Origin: Nemertoderma westbladi
Lineage: Eukaryota; Animalia; Xenacoelomorpha
Direction: 5' to 3'
Length of the DNA: 62,680 nucleotides
Assembly: GCA_032718475.1 (NCBI GenBank)
Contig: JAUCBJ010008921.1
Coordinates: 1 to 62,680, forward strand
Under the pieces are notes generated by a model, which worked only from the letters and a program-made list of their open reading frames with translations, did no database searches and was not told the origin of the DNA. Within the stretch, counting starts at the first letter, position 1. The number at the start of each line of letters is the position of its first letter. Shown here piece after piece: positions 28,501 to 37,500 of this stretch. The translations under genes and the position numbers were made by a program.

Positions 28501-31500
28501 CTCGCCCTTCAGCCCCGGGTGGTCTACCAGACCGTCAAAGGCCGTCTTAAAGGCTCTCCTGTAGCTTAGGGGTGATCCCGATAACAGAAATGCCCCTGGT
28601 TCCCTTTCGATAACTACGGTCATGAATAAGTTAAGCAAACTTATCATCATCCAGTCCTCCTGCAGGATATATCGCTTCTGATATACCTTTATCGCTCCTC
28701 TGCGAAACTGATATACCTCCTGCTTTCCCGGTCTCGCTCCCCACTTCAGCGAGTTCGCTAGTTCTGCTCCGTATTCTTCCCTAAACTTCCCCCAATCCAT
28801 TGGTTTGTGGCATACGAGCCCCAATAATTGGCCCATCGCCACCGCCCCGCATTGGCCTGAGTTCTCGACCACCCCCAATCCATGCGGTGCCGTCATAGCC
28901 ATAAAGACTTTCTGCATATCCAGGAGGTTGGTGGCGTCCGGACCGATGATCCTCTCCGCGTCCTCGCGAATCGCCGATCCCACTTTCGTCGTCGACTTCT
29001 CTCTTACTAAGACTTGTACCGCTTTCGGCAGTCGGTCTAATTTCGGCCCGTCCTTCTTCCCATACGTCCCTAGGTCGAATAAGAAGATGTCCCCATTCGG
29101 CGCGGCCAAATGTAGGAGTATGGTCCTGGCCGACCCTGCCGTTCCTCGTCTTGAACCCGCTTCGTCCTCCACGGTTCCCTCGTCATCTAGGATCATATAT
29201 CCTCCTCTGTTGACGGACTCTATGAATCTTTTCCAGTCCTTCCTCGGCGATTCCCTCGGATACTTCGGAATCCCGAACTTCGCTTCGTCCCCTTTCACCA
29301 CGTAGTGGAAGTGTTGGAAGATCGCGTTGTCCAGCGACGGCGTCCCGTAGGTCCCGACCAACCGCTGTTCGTGCGCCTCCTGGAAGTGATCCTGCAGCGC
29401 TCGTGCCGCGTGACCCCTCTCCAACCTCTCGTAGTATCCTCTCGTCTTCTCCTCCGGGTGTCTTTCGGTGAAATCCACCAATATTTCTTTTCCTCCTGAC
29501 TCCGCCTTTCTCTTCCTGATCAGCTTACTCGCCATTCCGAACACTACACTCGCTCACCTGTAGGGTGGTGCCTTACCAAGGCGCAATACAGATGAGTGAT
29601 GTATTAAGATGTTTCGTACAGTTCGATAATGGCCTACTTTTCTACTTAACTGCGCCTTTCAAGCTTAATTTAATCTAATTAATTTCGGAGCTAGTAAATC
29701 AGCCTAATTTACAATTTCCGTCCGTTACTTTTATTATGTTCTAGAACGACTTTCCTTGTGTTACCACTATTTTTCGATTTTTTTTTAGCCCTATTCTATT
29801 TATTTATTTATTTTGCTTTGATTCTACTGTCCTACTACTTACTACTGCCTATGGATTTATTCTATTCTCTCTCTGATCCATATTCTGGCCTACTCAGTGG
29901 GCCTATGCAGTACAGCAGTATGCGTCGTGTGGCCACACGATTTATCCAGCTGCACTCATATGCCCCCCTCTCTCTACTAACTCTACTTACTGCTAACTAA
30001 TATCTATATCCTATTTACCCCTTTTACCTCTTACTCTCTCTCTCTAACTAATGGTACTACGTACCCTCTAACTCTAACTCTGACTAGGTACCACGTACCT
30101 ACTAACTCTAACTCTAACTAGGTACTACGTACCTACTAACTCTAACTAACTATTGGTACTACGTACCCTCTAACTCTAACTCTAACTAGGTACTACGTAC
30201 CTACTAACTCTCTAACTATCGGTACTACGTACCCTCTAACTCTAACTCTAACTAGGTACTACGTACCTACTAACTCTCTAACTATCGGTACTACGTACCC
30301 TCTAACTCTAACTCTAACTAGGTACTACGTACCTACTAACTCTCTAACTATCGGTACTACGTACCCTCTAACTCTAACTCTAACTAGGTACTACGTACCT
30401 ACTAACTCTCTAACTATCGGTACTACGTACCCTCTAACTCTAACTCTAACTAGGTACTACGTACCTACTAACTCTCTAACTATCGGTACTACGTACCCTC
30501 TAGCTCTAACTAACTATTGGTACTACGTACCCTCTAACTCTAACTCTAACTAGGTACTACGTACCTACTAACTCTCTAACTATCGGTACTACGTACCCTC
30601 TAACTCTAACTCTAACTAGGTACTACGTACCTACTAACTCTCTAACTATTGGTACTACGTACCCTCTAACTCAAACTCTAACTAGGTACTACGTACCTAC
30701 TAACTCTCTAACTATCGGTACTACGTACCCTCTAGCTCTAACTAACTATTGGTACTACGTACCCTCTAACTCTAACTCTAACTAGGTACTACGTACCTAC
30801 TAACTCTCTAACTATCGGTACTACGTACCCTCTAACTCTAACTCTAACTAGGTACTACGTACCTACTAACTCTCTAACTATCGGTACTACATACCCTCTA
30901 ACTCTAACTAACTATTGGTACTACGTACCTACTAACTCTCTAACTCTAGGTACTACGTACCCTCTAACTATTGGTACTACGTACCTACTAACTCTCTAAC
31001 TCTAGGTACTACGTACCTTCTAACTCTAACTTTAGGCACTACGTACCTACTAACTAACTAACTAATTCTAACTAACTAACTCTAGGTACTACGTACCTAC
31101 TAACTAACTAACTAACTCTTATTTTTTATTTTATTTTTATTTTATTTGTGTGGGAAGGGCGTCTCGCCCTCAATCCCACCCCCCTCAGTCCAAAGCTTGG
31201 ACGACTAAACTCCACTCTAACTCCAATTTAAGGTGCCCCTTCTAGTAGACAGGTAACACCTCTGCCCGCACCTTTTATGGATCTAACTCTTCCATCCCAG
31301 TCCAACCTGTTGGACAACTCAGCGACCCAAGGGGTGATTCCTCCAGCAGGCAACTCTCCCACTGCCCCCCTATAGGTTCTCTAATTCTTCGCTCCGCTCT
31401 CCTTGTTAATTCGATAGGTGGTCTTTTCTCCTGTTTTTGGAAATGCTGTCTTCTATTTATGTTTCTGATCTCGTGGTCGTCCCTTGGCGGCAAAGTGCCA

Positions 31501-34500
31501 CCCTTCAACGTGTCACCCGGCGGTATAATGCCGCCCCTGTTCTTCTCCTTAATCTTAGATGCCACCTCTGCTGGCCTCCCCCTTAATATGTGTGCTGGCA
31601 TTAAAGGCTTCAACGACCCCCGTTCGTCCTTCGGTATACACGATGCCTGCCCATGTAATGCCCCCTCGCACTCTGTCAGTTCCGCGTGCGTACGCAGCAC
31701 GCCTCCTACTCTCCCGCCTCCTTTGTCCACCATATGTTTATTCATGGGCTTCTCTGCCCCTGGTCTGGTCGTCTCACATCTTCTCCCTTTCCATCTTGTA
31801 TTCTTACTCGGCTTCCCCCTTGTCGGTATGCCTCTCAACCGGACCGGCGTCTCTTCCGGGCGCTCCTCTGGACACTCCACCGGGCACTTCTCCGGTTTGT
31901 CCTCCCGACACTCCACCGTCCGCTCCTCCCCATCTCCATACCGATACTTGCTGGGACCCTTATTCCAACCCATCGTCTCTAGATCTCCTGCATCCATACC
32001 ATTCTCCTCCGCCCACTCTCTTGGTGTTGCTTCTACTTTTAGCTGTCTACCACTATTGCCCATCTCTGGCCTCTCCTCTATCTCGTCAGTTCCTGGCACC
32101 ATGCATCCTGAACTCTCGGACACATGGAATGGTATATTACTCTTAATTGGACCACTCAGCATCCACCCGAATGGTGTTAATATAGCCACCGGGTCACTCT
32201 GCTTGTCTTCGCCGAAGACCGTTTTCATTCTTTCGTGGGCCGTCGGGCAGTCCATTCCTACTATGATGGATACCTTCCTAACGTCCACGTCTGGGATCGA
32301 GAAGTCAATGTCGTCCAGGAATTTGTATTGCTCGACCTCGATGTTGGTCGGCCGCCTGGCATTGATGTTAATTGACTCTATTACTTGGATGGGGTCGATG
32401 GTTGCCCCATAATCGCATCCTGGTGCTACTGCTGCAATTGCGCACCGTCCTGTCCTCATCTCTAGGATCTCATCTTTGCTAGAGATGGTTGTTACCGACA
32501 TCCTGCTTGGCCTTGTTCTCAATCCTATTTCTTCGGCTACCCATTCCTCTACTAATGTGAAGGCAGCTCCACTATCAACCAGCATTAGTGTTGTTACTGA
32601 TCGATTGCCTTCCCCGATCACTCGTACTGGTACTACTCCAAGTAGCACTGTTCCTCTCTTCTTCGCCCCTATTGTGCTCGTTGCCATCGTCTGGCCTCTC
32701 CTTTGGCCAAACTTGACTGGCTTCTCTTGGCATTCCCTGGCCTTGTGTCCACTCTTCACACATCGCGAGCAGATTTTATTGCTCGACACGTAATCTATCT
32801 GGTCTTGCCTCGGTAGCGCCTGCCAGTACCTGCAATTCATGGTTTTGTGAAGCGCATTTGCGTGTAACTGGCATTTGCTCTTTGGGTCGTAGCCCTCTTT
32901 ATACAATGCATTGCGTATCGCAGTTATATTCGTACCAAAGTCCCTACTATTCTTATTGACTGGGTTTGGCCTACTGGACGTACTGGGGTTATGTTTATTC
33001 ATGTTGTTATTGTTCCCCTGTCCGTCCCTTGATGTTGTCTTATCTTCGTTTGTCTGTGGACTTGCAGTCCCCTGCGTCGCTGCATATGGCAATGATTGCC
33101 TGAGTCTCGGTAACGCGTTCGATGTGTTGTGCTCTGGTTTTGGTCTATGGTAGTCTGTCTTTGGTCCCTTTCCCAGGCTGTCTTCACTATAGACTGGGTC
33201 CGTTATTAGTTCGGCCTCGTAATTTAAGAAGTTTGACATTTCTTCTAAACCCGGTTCTGCACCCTTCTTGTCTCGAGTGGAGAAAGCGATCTTCCTCCAT
33301 TTGTTGCGCAGCCAGCTCGGTAGTGCCTGCGCTATCGTGGTGATGTTATTGGACGCGTTGAGTTCGTATGGCGCGTCTAGCGTCTTCAGCACGATCAGCG
33401 CCTTCTCGACTTTGTTAGCAAACGTCTTAATGCTAACGGGATTATCCTGTAGGCCACCCGATGTTATGCCTCTCAGCGTTTGCCTGATGATCTTGGCCGG
33501 GTGCCCGTATTCCCTATCCAGTGCCCGCCATGCTGTCGTGAAGCCGCCCTCTATTCCCTGATATTGCCTCACGATGTCGTATGCTGGGCCTCCCGTGTAC
33601 ACTTGTAGATACTTTAGGCACTCCGCCTGCGTCAAGTTTTTTGTTAGTATTTCGTTACTATACATTCGCCGAAACTGTAAGTATTCTTCCGGCCTGCTCC
33701 CATCGAATTTGAACGGTTCCACGGGTGGTAATTCGATCCTCGTTTTCAACGCATCGATCAACGTGGCCATCCCCATTGCCTGCGCTTCTAATGGATTCGA
33801 CGGGTGCTGTATAGTTTCCCCTGTCTGGTGCGGTTCGTCCGTCCTATTTCTTGATCTTCTCTGACTCAGATATGTCATCGGGGGTAGCGGCCCCCTCCAT
33901 ATGTCTGTATCACACGACCTGTTTTCATCTAGGGGTCTCGTTGTTCTTGCTACCATCGGGGTGTATTGTTGATATTGTGATGGGGGAATGTCACCCTGTC
34001 CCCCCCCCACCGGTATGTCTGGTACTGGGGTTGATGTTAATATGTTGGGGCCCATGCACCTATCCGCAATAATTCCCCCTTCCCCTGGGTATATGTTATG
34101 TCCCTGCATGCTGTAGTCATACTGCTGTGCTGGTACCGGTATAGGCCTATCAGCTTCTGGCCTACTCGCCGGTATGTATTCCGCGACTTCCGGGTTTAAT
34201 CCCGTTGTCCGCGCTATCCTATCGCCTACATTGCCTCTCTCAGTATGGCCTACGGTATGTGCAGTAAGACCTACAGTATGCCCTACAGTCTGCATGTGTT
34301 GCTCGGGATCGAAGTTTATTCTTCTCGAATAATCCTCCCCGCGGTTACCGTATTCTCGATCGGTAAGTATATTCCGTCGGAAAGTTTCTCTTCGACCCCC
34401 CTCTCCACTGTTTTCATCTTCGTACCGGTACATCGCGTACCCCTCTCTCGGCGTGTAATGCGTCTCACCGGATCGCATCCCTCCGGGGCGACGGCAATCT

Positions 34501-37500
34501 CCCGGAGTCCGACCCCACTGACTCTCCGTTCTCATCTCGACTACCGACGGCTCGCTGTCTGTCCTCGCTCTTCTATCTTTTGCGGCGATACTTCTACTAC
34601 TCTCTTCCTCTCTTCTCCTATCAGTGGAATATTCCCGCTCACGAGATCTCTCGTCGACCTCCCGGTTAAACCCCACTGTTCTTCTTTCCTCCTCTGATCG
34701 GGCTCGACGCTCCGTCTGCCCTCCCGCGACGTCAACCTGTCTTTCTCTGCTCGATCGCACGTCGCTGGGGATACTCGCAATCCCCCTATTACTTTCCGTC
34801 GCCGGTTGTTGCGGTTTACCTTGTTCGGCCCTCGCATTGTCCGCTGACGGCTGTGGGACACTCTCTGCCCCCCCCCTCTCGCCGCTAACTTTCTGTTGTG
34901 GGGTGCTCGTAGCCCCCCCCCACTCGCTACATCTAACTTCGCTACCTCTCTCCCCGCTATTATATACCTCTCTAGTCGACACATCGACCCTACTGCGGTC
35001 GGGTCCATTCACCCCCGCCTCTCCCTCTGCTATTGCGTGGCCTACCAGGCCCTCTACTCCCTGCCTACCAACTACGTGGCCTACCAGGCCCTCTGCTCCC
35101 TGTCTACTAACTACGTGGCCTACCAGGCCCTCTGCTCCCTGTCTACTAACTACGTGGCCTACCAGGCCCTCTGCTCCCTGGTTACGTAGGCCCGACGTGT
35201 TTACATTAATAGCACCCATATTGGAAACGGAATTAATTCGCTCATTTGAAACAAAATCATTTGTATTATTCTGCGCGACTACGTTATCTGAATTATTTTG
35301 TAAATTCGGGCTAAGATCATTATTTGAATTATTCGAATTATTCTGTGTAATTGCGTTATTTAAGTTATTTTGTAGGTCCGAATTCGAGTTATTATTTTGA
35401 TTATTTGAACTATTTTGCGTAACTACATCAATATTAGGATTATTTTCTACATTAACACTGGGATTGTTCTGATTTAAATTTAAATTACTACCACTAGGCA
35501 AAGTATTTCCTGTAATAAAGGTTTGATTAGCGTTATCCCATACGGTACTATTAATATCAACAACGTCTACTGTACCATTATTATTATTACCCCCCCCCGC
35601 CCGTACGGTTACACCAGTTTTGGGTCTGTCGTGCGGTCCCTGTCAGTGGGGTGTTAATGAACGTGTCTACGGCTCCTGGCTCCTCAAAAATACTCGAGCC
35701 GGCCCCGCTTTCAGACGGCAACACTCAGACCAATTCCAGCTCGTGCGCCCGTCTAATCTTATTTTTTGCCGATACACCTTGGCGTTTCTCTAATTCCCTT
35801 AACTCTCGCTCAGCCTTTGCCCCTCTCTCCTCACTCTCCTGGCTGTCCCGTCTGGCCGACTCTACTACACTCCTAGCATTCTCCCTTCGTCTCGCCTCAC
35901 GTTCTTTGCGTTCCTTTTCCTTTCTTGCCTCATATTCCTTGCGTTCCTTTTCCCTTCTCGCCTCACGTTCCTTGCGTTCCTCGTCCTCCCTTGCCTCACA
36001 CTCTCTGCGTTCCCTTTCCTCCCTAGCCTCACGCTCTCTACACTCCTTTTCCTCTATTTCGTCACTCTCCCTAAGGCTCCTCAAAGCCCTTTCGACCCTC
36101 TCACCGTTCTCTTTAATCAATGCCGCTTCCCTCGCTAACCGCGCTCTCCCCTCCTCTAGCCGTTCCTCCATTTCCTTCTGACCTTGCTCTGCCACGTCGA
36201 GGCGGTATGCGGCACCTATCTCTCTCACCACTCTTTCTTTCGCGGAGGATGTAACAGACTTATCGGTTACGACGGACTTCCCCCGCTTTCCCGACCTACT
36301 AACTTTCCCCGGCCTCCCGGAGCTTTCTCCGACCGACGAGGCCGAATCCTCGGGGTTAACCTCGGATTCGCCCCCTTCGAGTCCCCTCCAACCCACTGGT
36401 TTTACTCCCCGGGCATCGACCAAGTATGGCCCTATGTACACTGGCGCTACACTAGGTTCCATACTCCCACACTCCCATAGTTCAAACAGTTCGCCGGCTA
36501 TCCTTTCTGCTCTCTCCCCGGCCAGTTCTCTCTGCCCAAAACGTATTAGGTAATTTAAGTGTCTATCCGACTCACCTAGTCGCTTTCTCAGTCTCACCTC
36601 GTCTACCTTCGCCCCTTCCTTCTTGGCGTCGCTTATCAGCTTCCGGGTCGCGTTGTAGGCCCGTCGAAGTCGCTCAGAAACCCCGACGTCCTCGTCGCCG
36701 ACCTCTCCTCCGTCCCTCCGGGTTCGACGTCGTACCGGCGGCTCCACCGTCGCCGTTCTGGTGGGCTGTCCGTCGCCCTCGGCCTGTAGCTGGCCGGCGA
36801 CATCGGTACCGATCTCTCCTCCGTCTCTTCGTGTCCGACGTCGCACCGTCGGCCCCACCGTCGCCGTTTCGGTGGGCCGCTCGTCGCCCTCGGCCGGTAG
36901 CTGGCCGGCGACATCAGCGCGCCGTTCTCCGTCCCGTGTCGACTCATCTCCCTCTCCCTCCGTCTCGCTCTCTCTCTCTCTTGGCTCGACTTCGGGTTCC
37001 AGGCCCTCCTCGTCCTGTGCTTCCGGTTCGCCCGTTATCGATGGCTCCGGCGTCGTGGGCCTGTATCGTTTGGTCGCGGCCTCGCGGATCGTTAGGTCTT
37101 CGTCCGGGGTCCGCGTCGGTGTCTCGCCCGATTCACTCATCTCGTTTGTGGCTGATGATTCGGCTAGCTAGGTTGCAGTTCTTAGAGTTTAACTAGGGCG
37201 GCAGCTCGGTTTAGTTACTGTGACGGGATCCAGGAGGGATCCCGATTTATCCGATGTGGTATTTAGTCCACGCGTCCCCGCCGTGTATAAGAGTGAAATA
37301 AAGATAACTGAGTTCTGAAGTTCGGTGTATAATAATAGGTTATAGGATATAGATATATTGTGAATTATACGGTAGGCGGGATACGGTAACTAAAGTCCCG
37401 TGATCCCCTAACTAAACTAATTGGCTGTACCCTACGCTAGCACTGCTGCACTGAGATAACTGAATCACTGATTAATAGGTTATTGGTTATATTGCACGGT

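Noticed and set aside
27001-29544. Accessory ORF as an env gene or a second gag
   Set aside because: No signal peptide or clear transmembrane anchor is evident and no capsid-like motifs were recognised; the N-terminal motifs fit an exonuclease.
30045-31118. (CTAACT)n as an interstitial telomere
   Set aside because: The hexamer is AGTTAG, not TTAGG or TTAGGG, and it is embedded in a composite unit within the retroelement.
37150-37175. Other CTGATGA words (37152, ~12764 on the minus strand, ~48398) as hammerheads
   Set aside because: No stem II followed by GAAA, so the core is incomplete.
31459-37196. Many plus-strand ORFs of 60-317 aa in the LTR element (also 26939-29499)
   Set aside because: Antisense shadows of GC-rich minus-strand coding sequence, with no motifs.
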